This document shows, piece after piece, positions 8,987-18,481 of a DNA stretch of 64,000 nt. Position 1 is the stretch's first letter. Every line of letters starts with the position of its first letter. The translations under genes and the position numbers were made by a program. The notes under the pieces are model-generated. The model did not search any database, had not been told where the DNA came from, and saw nothing but the letters and a program-made list of their open reading frames with translations. Source of the DNA: Candidatus Latescibacterota bacterium (lineage in GTDB: Bacteria; Latescibacterota; UBA2968; UBA8231); NCBI GenBank assembly GCA_965261395.1, contig OZ253462.1, positions 5,376,001 through 5,440,000 on the forward strand, written 5' to 3'.

Positions 8987-10987
8987 TCAGCCGTGGAGGA
9001 TGGGGTGGCCGTTGCCGGGGAAGAAAATCATATCGACGATAAACGAGATCCCCACCCCGAAGAAGTGCCCGAGAATCAAGCCGATGAAAAACGGCGCAGC
9101 CTTGCGGTATAGTTCAATGCCGCCAAAGCGCATGATCAGACTCTTGGCCGCCCAAGACACAAAGATCGCCGGAGCTTGGTTGCGCACCATCCAGATCGCG
9201 GAGATGGCCAAGCCCACCGGGTGCAGCGGCCACCACGGGAAGCGATACTGCATAAACGTCAAAACCGCCATCGCCGCCGCGCCGATGCCAAAGAAGCCGA
9301 GTTTTTGTGCGTGGAAATCGGCCGGGGTTTTTATTTTGCTCATTGCGTCGTCAAAGGAGCGCACCCCCGCGCCCGAGGAGACGCGGAAAAACCAAGAGTT
9401 GAAGTTGGAGGCCCCCTGCTCGTAGGCCATGGCAATGACGTACACAATGGCGGCGATAAAGCCGACCAATAGCGCCAGCGCAATGGCCAAACACAGGCCG
9501 CGGCGGCTCATGCGCATGGCGTCGTGCAGCCGGGTGGCATGGGCGGCCGACGTCATAAAAATCGACTGCACATCGCTGAAGAACCCATAACTCATCCCCA
9601 AGGCCGCCAAGCCCGTCGGCGAAATCGCACTCGTGCCAAAGGTCATCATGGTCATGGCTTGGCTGACCACGGGCGTGGTCAGGTAAAAGACGCCGGCCTG
9701 CACCACCAAGCGGGTGATGCCCAAGTAGGCGATGAGCACGCCGCCCAAGAAAAACGCCGCCACCGGCAATTCCATGCCAGCCTTGTTGAGCCACGCCAGC
9801 ATATAGACGACCCCGACCAACAGGCCGACGACCGCGCTGCGATAGGACATCAGCTCGCGGCTGTCGTCAACCGGATAGGCGGGATTCCAGGCTTTGCGCG
9901 CCACGTCTTTTAGGTGATCGCGCGCCATCCACAGCCCCCACAGCACCAGCACCACAAACGCCCCCCAACACTGCCAAGACGTCGATGGCAAGCCCCACAC
10001 GAAGTTGTCGGCCTCCGTAACGCCAACGCCAAAGCGGTTAAACAGGCCCTCTTCGAGCAGCAGCAGCAAAAAGAAAAACCAGATGCTGAAGGTGACGTTG
10101 AGGTTGGCGAAATACATGAAGCCGACGACCGGGAAGTAGAAGCGGATGTTGATCGTGGGAAAGCCGTGCGCGATTTGGATGGGATGGTGCCATTCGATCT
10201 TGGGAAAGAAGTGGAAGAAAAAGCCGACGATGTTCCACAAGACGATGCACAAGGGGATCGCCGCCCCCATCCAAAAGACCTTGTTGCGCAAGACGGCCGG
10301 CACGCGCGCAGGGCCATCGGCGTCCGCCACGAGGGCTTGCGGCACCTCCATCAGCGGATAGGCCAGCCGCTCGCGCTCGACCCACTGCTTGCGCAATATG
10401 ACGACGAGGCAAAAACAGACCGCGTACAAAGTCCAGATAAAGCTCAGCCACCAAAACAGCGGCATGGCCCACGCATCGAGCAGCGTGCCCCAAGGCATCG
10501 GCTCACCGAGGGGCAGCCCCTCGAAAAACCAAGTCATGGCCAAGCCGTCGTTGCTCGGCAAAAGCCACGCCGGCAGGTGGGGCAAGACGTATGTGCCCCA
10601 CTGGTTTTCAGCGGAGGCAAAGTAATAGGGCGTGGTGGGGATCGACAGCACGTAGCCCATCATAAAGATGGGAATGCCGGTCGTCACCAAGCCCATGACG
10701 ACAACCGTGATCATCTCGGCCGGCCGCAAGGCCCAGCCGGGATTGATCGTCTTGAGCAGGATGTTGAGCAGGATGAGGCAGCAGAACGAGAAGCCGACGG
10801 CAATCGGAAAAAACGACCACGTGATTTCGGACGACCCCAAGACCCAAATGGCGTAGGGCGCGCCCAAACACACCACGAGGACTTGGATGACGCCGAGCAC
10901 CAAGGAGCGGAGCGTGAGGCCGCTGGCCGCGCCTTGGCTAGTGCTCGTTTCTCGATGTGTAGGGGCCGCAGTCGGCGACGTCATCAA
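8987..10987 (-). CDS. DUF6785/DUF6784-type polytopic membrane protein, tandem copy 1
   Basis: 666 aa with the same motifs; highly similar to 7012-8979 along its whole length. Confidence 0.8.
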   Translation of the reverse strand: MMTSPTAAPTHRETSTSQGAASGLTLRSLVLGVIQVLVVCLGAPYAIWVLGSSEITWSFFPIAVGFSFCCLILLNILLKTINPGWALRPAEMITVVVMGLVTTGIPIFMMGYVLSIPTTPYYFASAENQWGTYVLPHLPAWLLPSNDGLAMTWFFEGLPLGEPMPWGTLLDAWAMPLFWWLSFIWTLYAVCFCLVVILRKQWVERERLAYPLMEVPQALVADADGPARVPAVLRNKVFWMGAAIPLCIVLWNIVGFFFHFFPKIEWHHPIQIAHGFPTINIRFYFPVVGFMYFANLNVTFSIWFFFLLLLLEEGLFNRFGVGVTEADNFVWGLPSTSWQCWGAFVVLVLWGLWMARDHLKDVARKAWNPAYPVDDSRELMSYRSAVVGLLVGVVYMLAWLNKAGMELPVAAFFLGGVLIAYLGITRLVVQAGVFYLTTPVVSQAMTMMTFGTSAISPTGLAALGMSYGFFSDVQSIFMTSAAHATRLHDAMRMSRRGLCLAIALALLVGFIAAIVYVIAMAYEQGASNFNSWFFRVSSGAGVRSFDDAMSKIKTPADFHAQKLGFFGIGAAAMAVLTFMQYRFPWWPLHPVGLAISAIWMVRNQAPAIFVSWAAKSLIMRFGGIELYRKAAPFFIGLILGHFFGVGISFIVDMIFFPGNGHPILHG

Positions 10988-11068
10988 AAGCCAGCTTCAG
11001 AGGCGATTCTAGCGGGATTCAACGCGGACAATATGGTTTCAAGACACCGCAGCCGCAATCCTGCCGCG

Positions 11069-12676
11069 CTAGTCCCCATCTAGCCCGGCGGCGTGGCGGC
11101 CTGCAGCCGGATCGCCAGCCGCGTAGTACGTGCCCGCGTCGGCCCACAGCATGACCGGGGTGGCGATGGGGCCGTTGCGGGCCTCGACTTGGTGGCCGCG
11201 CCGCGCTAGTTCGTCCCGGACATTCGCATCGACGGCCGAGCTGATGGCCAGCGAGCCAGCCTGGATGAACGTCTGCTCGCGCACCGGATTGGGGTCAAAC
11301 GAGTCCTCGTGATGGTCCGTGGCAAAGCGCGGCGCAACGACCGCTTCGGCCGGCTGCATCCCAAACTCCACAAAGTCGAGCAACAGGTTCAAGGTGGCCT
11401 GATCTTGCAGATCGCCGCCAGCCACGCTGATGGCCAACACGGGTGCACCGTCTTTGAGCACCATTGTGGGGGTCAGGGTGATGCGGGGCCGCTTGCCCGG
11501 CGCAATGCAGTTGGGGTGTCCGGGGGTCGTGTTGAGGCTGCGCAGGCGGTTGCCATACGAGACGCCCGTGCTGCCGGTGCCGCCGGCGTGATAGACATTC
11601 GCGCTCGGCGTGGCCGAGACGACCATGCCCCAGCGATCGGCTACCACGCACGTGGTCGTGCCGCCGACTCCGGGCCGGAACGCGCCGCCCTCCTGCACTG
11701 CCTTCATGCCGAGCGGATCACCAGGGCGGGCGTCCAGCGCAGCTTGCCCCATGTCGATCAGGGGCTGCCGGAGCTGGGTATATTCGTCGGACAGCAAGGC
11801 GTTCATGGGCACATCCACGAACAGGGGGTCGCCGTAGTGCGCGTCGCGGTCGGCCATGGCCAGCTTGATGGCTTCGACGACCGCGTGGACGTAGTCGGCC
11901 GAGCACTGCCCCATACCTTTGAGATCAAACCCTTCGAGCAGGCGCAGGGCTTGACACAGATAAGGGCCTTGAGTCCACGGGCCGCATTTGTACACTTGGT
12001 AGCCCCGATAATCGACTGCCACCGGCTCTTCGATCAAAGTCCTATGAGCGGCCAGATCCGCGCGGCGCAAAAACCCGCCCTGCTCCACGTAGAACGCCTC
12101 CAAGTCTTCGGCTATATCGCCGTGCTCGGCGCGGCGGCCATAGAAGTGATCGCAGGCTGCTTGCAGCTTCTCTTGGCGATCGCCGGTGGCGCGGTGCTCC
12201 TCCTCCACCATGCGCCGCAGCGTCTGCGCCAAGTCGGGGTGCCACGCTTCCTCTCCTTCGTCGAGCAGGGCCAAGGTCGGCGCAACAATCGCGGCAAAGC
12301 TCTGCGTGCCGTAGTGCTGCAAGAGGGTAATACACAAATCCACGACCGACGGCACCGGAGCCATCTTGATGTCGCGGTCTGGGATGCCGTGCTCCATGTA
12401 CCAAGCAATAGCTTCCGGCGACAGCGGCGCGCGCCCCTGGCCGGACAGCGACTTGACCGCTTTCCCGTCCCAGACGAGCACCGGCACTTCCCCGCCGATG
12501 GAGCAGGCCCCGTGATCGGTGACGTTGAGCGCGAGAATCGCGCCGGCCGCGGCATCGGCCGCATTGCCGCCCGCGCCGAGAATTTCAATGCCAGCGGCTA
12601 CAGCTCCAGCACCGCCGGCCGCAATGACGCCGGTTTTGCTCTCGGCCTGCCAGCCGATCTGATCTACCCTACTCAT
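11069..12676 (-). CDS. Gamma-glutamyltransferase family protein
   Basis: AAAGGAG RBS before ATG 12676. GGNAADAA, AMADRDAHYGDP, Thr nucleophile GGTTTCVVAD, PGKRPRITLTP. Confidence 0.88.
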   Translation of the reverse strand: MSRVDQIGWQAESKTGVIAAGGAGAVAAGIEILGAGGNAADAAAGAILALNVTDHGACSIGGEVPVLVWDGKAVKSLSGQGRAPLSPEAIAWYMEHGIPDRDIKMAPVPSVVDLCITLLQHYGTQSFAAIVAPTLALLDEGEEAWHPDLAQTLRRMVEEEHRATGDRQEKLQAACDHFYGRRAEHGDIAEDLEAFYVEQGGFLRRADLAAHRTLIEEPVAVDYRGYQVYKCGPWTQGPYLCQALRLLEGFDLKGMGQCSADYVHAVVEAIKLAMADRDAHYGDPLFVDVPMNALLSDEYTQLRQPLIDMGQAALDARPGDPLGMKAVQEGGAFRPGVGGTTTCVVADRWGMVVSATPSANVYHAGGTGSTGVSYGNRLRSLNTTPGHPNCIAPGKRPRITLTPTMVLKDGAPVLAISVAGGDLQDQATLNLLLDFVEFGMQPAEAVVAPRFATDHHEDSFDPNPVREQTFIQAGSLAISSAVDANVRDELARRGHQVEARNGPIATPVMLWADAGTYYAAGDPAAGRHAAGLDGD

Positions 12677-12914
12677 GTGTTGCTCCTTTTCGAAAAGAAG
12701 ATGTGCCGCGCTCAATTATAATCGTCGGGTCCGGCACTAGGCCGAAAGTCGAGAGGTCTTCGCCCTCTATATGCAGCGCGACCGCTTCGCGGAGGTTGGC
12801 CAAGGTTTCGTCCAAAGTGACGCCTTGCGTTACAACGGCTAGCTCGACGCACTCGGCAACGTAGTGGGTCTCGCCCGATCTGATGAAGGCTTTGATCGTG
12901 TGTTGCAGGTTCAT
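12669..12914 (-). CDS. HicB-like antitoxin, probably C-terminally truncated, no HicA partner
   Basis: GAAAGGAG RBS. YVAECVEL..VTQGVTLDETLANLREAVALHIEG is the HicB N-terminal fold. The C-terminus reads through the GGT leader. Confidence 0.7.
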   Translation of the reverse strand: MNLQHTIKAFIRSGETHYVAECVELAVVTQGVTLDETLANLREAVALHIEGEDLSTFGLVPDPTIIIERGTSSFRKGATHE

Positions 12915-13050
12915 TTGACTCCTTTCCGAGTGAGCACCGCGCTCAATATCGCCTTGTAAGAGCGGTCTGTCGAGTCTAGTGATGGAGGGACGCTCCCCTT
13001 CCACGTGGAGCGGGCCAATATCCAGGCTTCAAATAAGAGAAAATTCGATT

Positions 13051-13260
13051 ATGTCTCAACATCCCGTTATATTTATAGGTTCGCTACGGTGCCGCGCCGC
13101 AGTGCTGTCCGTTGCCTTTCTCGACCGCCAGACAGAAAAAATCGGCGCGCTGGCAGCAAAAATCGAGGCCGCTACGAACGATCTGCAAGAGTACCGTTCC
13201 GTCCTCATCACCAACGCTGAGACCGGCAAAATTAACATGAGAGAGAACGCTGCTTTATGA
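13051..13260 (+). pseudogene. hsdS: C-terminal remnant of type I restriction-modification specificity subunit
   Basis: FLDRQTEKIGALAAKIEAATNDLQEYRSVLITNAETGKINMR matches the conserved terminal helix of HsdS. No TRD upstream. Stop overlaps the next ATG (ATGA). Confidence 0.65.
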
Positions 13261-13643
13261 ACATTGACTCTATATACTTCAAGGGATATAGCTGTTTCAA
13301 AAAGAAGTGGGCTGGCTTCGATACAATCAAGCCGATCAACGTCATCATTGGACGCAATAACTCCGGAAAATCCCATCTTTTGAACTTGGTTGAATCACTA
13401 TACGATGCCAGGCTATCCCACCATGAATGGCAGACTCAGTGCCACGGTGTGTTAGACGAGGAATCGCTAAAGAAAGTTTTTCCAGAAAGGCGAAGGGATA
13501 CAAGTCAAAACTTGAATGCAGCTCTCGTGTTCAGCGACGTACAGCCTTTAGTCGGCGAGAAGCTAATATGGGAAGTGGCCCCAAGCCGGTCCGAGTCGCC
13601 ACCGCATGGATACGGATTGCAGGTATCGAGTTTAAGGTTCCCA

Positions 13644-13793
13644 GCTTTCTCATCAGAACAATCAAGCAATATCCCTTTAGCAGTTGAGGAGATGCTGAAA
13701 AGCGCAACGCACCAGTTTAGCTACTCACCAGAACAATCAGGAAATATCCCCTCAGGGATTCATAACATGCTACGAGATACAACACACCAGTTT
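13644..13793 (+). repeat. Degenerate 75-bp (25-aa) tandem duplication inside the OLD ATPase
   Basis: CAGAACAATCA at 13654/13729 and CACCAGTTT at 13710/13785. Peptides SSEQSSNIP..EMLKSATHQF and SPEQSGNIP..NMLRDTTHQF. Confidence 0.8.
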
Positions 13794-13990
13794 CGTACGG
13801 CGTCATTCTGCAGACTCCTTGCGGACCGGGATATCGAGACTGAACTAGAAGATATAGAGATGGAACTTGGCCGAGACGGTCAAGGAGCTACAAATATAAT
13901 ACGTCGGCTCATTCTAACATCTGACGAGCGATTCTCAAGAGAAGTTATCCAAGAAGAACTTCTGGCCGCGCTGAATTTAATATTTGGAAG

Positions 13991-15175
13991 GGCTTTGGTG
14001 CATGAATTGGTGTTTTTTTCGGTTGATCGGTTGAATAAAAACAGGCTCCTCAGTAGATTGAGCACGACTTTCGCCAAAAAACCCATGCTTTCTCGTCCAA
14101 GGAACCTGTCATGGCCAACCTATCGTCTTGCCCCTCTTCCGTCAAGCCTGGTCGCTCGCCTCGCCGTCGCTCCAACGTCGTGTACCGGGTACGTAATTGG
14201 GCCGACTATGAGGCCGGGCTGCAACAGCGCGGTAGTCTGACGGTGTGGTTCACGCCCCAGGCCGTCGAAGCTTGGTATTATCAAGGGCCGCCTCAGCGGG
14301 GGGCGCAATATACCTTTTCGGAGGTCGCCATCCAAACGGCGTTGACGCTGCGTCTTTTGTATCACTTGCCCCTACGCCAAACCGAGGGGTTTGTCGCTTC
14401 GGTGTTGGCCCTGATGGGCTTGGATCTGCGGGTGCCCGATCACACGACCCTGTCGCGCCGTCAGGCGGGTTTAGCCGTGGCGTGGCCGCCCCAGCGGGGA
14501 GACCAACCGATGCACTTGGTGGTGGATTCGACCGGGCTGAAAGTGTATGGCGAAGGCGAATGGAAGGTGCGTCAGCACGGCTGGAGCAAGCGGCGCACGT
14601 GGCGCAAATTGCACCTCGGGGTTAATGAAGCCACCGGCGAGATCGTCGCGCAGACCTTGACGACGAATAGCCACGATGATGCGGGGCAGGTGGAGCCGTT
14701 GCTGGCACAGATCGAGGCCCCCGTGGAGGCGTTGGGCGGCGATGGGGCCTATGACAAACGCAAGGTGTTCAAGGCGTTGGCCGCGCCCGAGCAGGGGGCA
14801 CCTATTCATCCGATCATTCCGCCGCGCAAGGACGCCAAAATCGAGCAACATGGCAACACCAACGCCGAGCCGTTGCCCCGCGATGAGACGATTCGAGCCA
14901 TCCGCAAACGGGGCCGTCGAGGTTGGAAACACGAGAGCGGCTATCATCGACGCTCGGTAGCCGAAACGCAGATAGGCCGCTACAAACAGATACTTGGTGA
15001 CACCTTGCGCACCCGAACCCTAACCAACCAACAGACCGAAGCGCGGTTGGGCTGTGCCTTGCTCAACCGGATGCGGGCGTTGGCGAAACCTGAGTCCTAT
15101 CCGCTAACCAAAAAAGCGTAAATCACACGCGAAAGAAGCCAACACGGCCCCGACCGGTTTTCATGCAACAAAGCC
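13991..15175 (+). mobile_element. IS5-family (IS903-like) insertion sequence, 1185 bp
   Basis: IRL GGCTTTGGTGCATGAA; IRR reverse complement GGCTTTGTTGCATGAA (15/16). 9-bp target duplication ATTTGGAAG at 13982-13990 and 15176-15184. Confidence 0.95.
14111..15121 (+). CDS. IS5-family DDE transposase
   Basis: NWADYEAGL, PDHTTLSRR, VDSTGLK, RRTWRKLH, GDGAYD, GYHRRSVAE. Confidence 0.95.
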   Translation: MANLSSCPSSVKPGRSPRRRSNVVYRVRNWADYEAGLQQRGSLTVWFTPQAVEAWYYQGPPQRGAQYTFSEVAIQTALTLRLLYHLPLRQTEGFVASVLALMGLDLRVPDHTTLSRRQAGLAVAWPPQRGDQPMHLVVDSTGLKVYGEGEWKVRQHGWSKRRTWRKLHLGVNEATGEIVAQTLTTNSHDDAGQVEPLLAQIEAPVEALGGDGAYDKRKVFKALAAPEQGAPIHPIIPPRKDAKIEQHGNTNAEPLPRDETIRAIRKRGRRGWKHESGYHRRSVAETQIGRYKQILGDTLRTRTLTNQQTEARLGCALLNRMRALAKPESYPLTKKA

Positions 15176-16357
15176 ATTTGGAAGTGATGGCCAGTTTTCA
15201 AATATCCAAGTACAAGTTCACGATGATAGGGCAGACAAACTAAAGGGCCATTGGGAGGTCTGTCTTCACGAAAAGAAAAAGGGTTGGGTTCCCCTCAGCA
15301 AATCGGGAAGCGGCTTGAAAACCATTATTCTGGTTCTACTTAATCTACTGGTCATTCCCAAAATTGAGAATAAGGAGAAATCTCAGTTCATATTCGCTTT
15401 TGAGGAACTTGAAAACAACCTCCATCCGGCCCTCTTACGGAGGTTATTCAAGTATCTTGAGGACTACGCAGTCAACAAAAAAGCGACGATCTTCCTGACG
15501 ACCCATTCGAGCATCGCCCTCGACTTTTTCGGTGTATCTGATAATGCCCAGATTATCCATGTGTCCCACGATGGCGAGTCCGCCCATACGACAACCGTCC
15601 CCACTCATTTTGGCCATCTCAGGATAATCTCCGAACTGGGATCAAGACCGTCAGATTTGCTCCAAGCGAATGGACTCATTTGGGTAGAAGGCCCTACTGA
15701 CCGCATTTATCTCAACCATTGGATTGAGCTTTACACTCAGGACCGTCCTCAAGGCAGCCTTCGAGAAGGTCGCGATTATCAGTGCGTATTTTACGGCGGT
15801 GCGCTACTAGCAAAAGTCCAGTTCACGTCGCCCGAAGACGAGACCGCAGAACTCGCCAACCTGTTCCGAATCAATCCCAATTTCTTCGTCGTGTGTGACG
15901 GCGATAGAGAGACCGAGGATTCTGACCTAAAGCCGAGAGTGAAGAGAATTCGCGAGGAAGTCGAAAAGATAGATGACGAGCGCATTTGGATCACTGACGC
16001 CAAGGAAATTGAGAACTACCTTCCTGGTTCTGTCCTCTCAGAGGTCACAGGATTCCCATCGTTGCCAGATCCCGGACAATATGAAAGTTGGTCGTCATAT
16101 ACCGAAAATCATGTTCAGGGAAAGAGCATAGACAAGGTGGACTTAGCCATTTCGAGCACCCAGACCCAGTATATGACAAAGGAAGTAATGGAGAAGCGAT
16201 TCGATTGGACGGAACAGATGGAACAGATCATCAAGCACATTGGCAGGTGGAACGAAAATGGCTCCCCGGAAGGACCGTAACCGGCAAGACATTGAGCAAC
16301 AATGGGGGAAATTTCAGCAGAGACGTCAGCAATGCTAAATCGAGGCGACGCTCCTTG

Positions 16358-16909
16358 CTAGAAAATCTCGTTTAAGCCAACGGAGAAACCTGTGAGTGTG
16401 GACGAGGTCATCGTTTGCCCCTCGCCGTAGATGGCCTCCACCTCGAAGGCACCTTCGCCGAGCCGCAGCACCGTCACCGTCCGGGCGTCCGAATCGACTA
16501 GCCAGTATTCCTTCACGCCATACTTGGCGTACAGGGCGCGTTTGAGCGTCCGGTCCCGCCCGGCAGTGGAGGGGGACAGGATCTCGACGACCAAATCCGG
16601 TGCACCGAGGACATTTGCGCCGCCGAGCAGCAGGTGCGCTCGCTCATTGGAGACGAACAATAGGTCCGGCTGTACCACATCCGTATTCGACAGCACCACG
16701 TCGCAGGGCGCGTGGAAGACCTCGCCTAAACCCCTCTCCTGTACGAAGCCATGGAGCAACGCTCCTAGCCGGATGCCAATTCTCTGGTGCTCTAGGTTGG
16801 GCACCGGGACCATAATCAACTCTCCGTCCAATAACTCGTAGCGCTTGTCCTCGGGGGTATGTTGGTAGTCCTCATAGGTGAACTTGACGGCTGGGTTGGG
16901 GCTGAGCAT
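16358..16909 (-). CDS. Uma2 family (DUF820) PD-(D/E)xK endonuclease
   Basis: YELLDGEL, VQPDLLFV, PDLVVEILSPST, GVKEYWLVD; AGGAGG RBS. Confidence 0.9.
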   Translation of the reverse strand: MLSPNPAVKFTYEDYQHTPEDKRYELLDGELIMVPVPNLEHQRIGIRLGALLHGFVQERGLGEVFHAPCDVVLSNTDVVQPDLLFVSNERAHLLLGGANVLGAPDLVVEILSPSTAGRDRTLKRALYAKYGVKEYWLVDSDARTVTVLRLGEGAFEVEAIYGEGQTMTSSTLTGFSVGLNEIF

Positions 16910-16994
16910 ATCGCCCTCCTCTCATCGCTGGATGTGCGGTTTACGGACGCCTAAATATCGGTCAACCAGCTACCAATAATCTAACCACCCCGCC

Positions 16995-17062
16995 CTACTC
17001 TGCGAGCCGCCCAAGATCATCCGGCCCCACGTGTTGTCGTCGTCGCCATTGCCGTAGATCAT
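16995..17062 (-). repeat. Orphan duplicate of the 3' tail of the 17655-18470 gene
   Basis: 17011-17062 matches 17693-17744 at 51/52 nt, and 16995-17014 matches 17655-17674 at 18/20 including the TAG. A 22-bp internal deletion lies between CCAA microhomologies. Confidence 0.92.
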
Positions 17063-17105
17063 GAGCAAGTTCGTCTTTTGCATTTTACACCTGAATGAGG
17101 GTGAT

Positions 17106-17642
17106 TCACTGCATCAATCGGTCAACCTGAGCCAAAATTTCATCGGCTGCCGGCCGGTCGGAGATGCTTCTCCCTACGTATTGCCATTCGATGTCGCCCC
17201 CAGGCGAGACGATGACCGCGGACGGCGTCGCAACGCCGTCACGCAGCAGGTTGTAAACTCCGTAGCCTTTGGCTACCTCGGCGTCCTTGTCTGACAGAAT
17301 GGCGAATTCAGCGCCGGTGAGCTCCGCCATTTTCAGCGCGTCGGCGATGTCATCAGTGCTGATCGCCGCAAGCGACACATTGCGCTTTAGAAACTCAGGA
17401 TACAACTCTACCAACTCACCTAGTTGGCTCCTACAGACACTTCAGAAGAATCCTCTGTAGAACAGCAGTACCGCCGCCGTGCGGTTGTCGAGTAAGTCGG
17501 ACAGGGAAACAGAAGTCCCATCCGCCGCCGGTAAGGTGAACGCAGGCGCTCGACCTCCCGAGGAGACCGGATTGGAGTTGCAGCCGACGAGGGCCATGAG
17601 GGTCGCTATTGCCAAGGGCAGCAGCACTGCTCTATGGTGCAT
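17106..17642 (-). CDS. AhpC/TSA (peroxiredoxin-like) lipoprotein, predicted selenoprotein with UxxC
   Basis: Two track ORFs are in frame across the TGA at 17442-17444: FYRGFF-U-SV-C-RSQL. Hairpin GCCAACT-AGGTG-AGTTGGT lies just 3' of the UGA. Lipobox LVGC; thioredoxin-fold APAFTL and LSD motifs. Confidence 0.82.
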
Positions 17643-17654
17643 TTTCTTTCTCCT

Positions 17655-18470
17655 CTACTCGGCGAGTCGCCCAATCGGCGTCCGCGGGCCGACCAAGATC
17701 ATCCGGCCCCACGTGTTGTCGTCGTCGCCGTTGCCGTAGATCATAAAGTGGCCGCCGTACGCGCCGCCGTCCGGGTCGGTATGGACGATTTCCATGCTGT
17801 ATTCGTCGCCTACTTGCGGCGGCTGCCAACGGGGGTCGCTCTGGCCAAACGTCGGAGCCATCTCGACGCGGGCTTCGATGATGAAATCGGCCGCGCTCCG
17901 GCCCCAAGGATCCATGCGCACCACGTAGTCGCAAGCGGCTTCGGGGATCGGTTCTTCAATGTAGCTCTGGCCAGGTGCGCCGTGCCGCCACCAAGCGTTT
18001 TGCGGGGTGCGCTGTGGGTCGGCGACAAAGCAGAAGGCATTGTCGCCTTGGCCGAAGCGCTCGTTGGCCCGGTCGCGCGGGCCTTCCATAAACCAGCAAA
18101 TCGCATCCTTAAAATACCAACGCTTGTCCGCCGGATCGGGGTCGTCGAGGTCGTTGACGTTGTCCCAGACCTCGGCCCCGAAGTAAAAGTTGTGCGCGTC
18201 CCAAGCAATGTAGTAGCGGGCGCTCAAGTCGTCTTCGAGGTGCGGCTCATTGCCGTGGTCGGTGAGGCGATTGCGCGCGCCGCGATCGAGGCGGTAGAAG
18301 CCAGCCTCGCTGATGCGGCGCATGTCCCAGACTCCGTCGTTGTGAGCGCGGTCCTTCCACTCGGCGAGGTCGCCGTCAATGGTCGGGGCCGTCTCCAACA
18401 GGGGGGCGTTGATGTTCATGTCCGCGCACGCGGCAGAGGCGGCGAGCAAAATCGCGCACAAGGGCAGCAT
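17655..18470 (-). CDS. Secreted CBM9/DOMON-like sugar-binding protein
   Basis: Signal peptide MLPLCAILLAASAACA. PTIDGDLAEW and AWDAHNFYFGAEVWD resemble CBM9_1. Confidence 0.65.
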   Translation of the reverse strand: MLPLCAILLAASAACADMNINAPLLETAPTIDGDLAEWKDRAHNDGVWDMRRISEAGFYRLDRGARNRLTDHGNEPHLEDDLSARYYIAWDAHNFYFGAEVWDNVNDLDDPDPADKRWYFKDAICWFMEGPRDRANERFGQGDNAFCFVADPQRTPQNAWWRHGAPGQSYIEEPIPEAACDYVVRMDPWGRSAADFIIEARVEMAPTFGQSDPRWQPPQVGDEYSMEIVHTDPDGGAYGGHFMIYGNGDDDNTWGRMILVGPRTPIGRLAE

Positions 18471-18481
18471 AGATTTTCTCC

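Larger units (their letters stand above)
13257..16280 (+). pseudogene. OLD-family ABC-ATPase + TOPRIM nuclease interrupted by IS (609 aa if restored)
   Basis: Walker A GRNNSGKS. Removing 13991-15184 rejoins the frame (..LIFG-SDGQF..) to signature LSKSGSG, Walker B FEELENNLHP, TTHS, and TOPRIM WVEGPTD and CDGD. Confidence 0.88.

Noticed and set aside
9914-12721. Long plus-strand ORFs (389 aa and 470 aa)
   Set aside because: They are antisense shadows of the GC-rich DUF6785 and GGT genes with no recognisable motifs. The same applies to most other short track ORFs.
12669-17744. Integron cassette array
   Set aside because: No intI and no recurring attC-like (RYYYAAC...GTTRRRY) sites were seen, and the genes are in mixed orientations.
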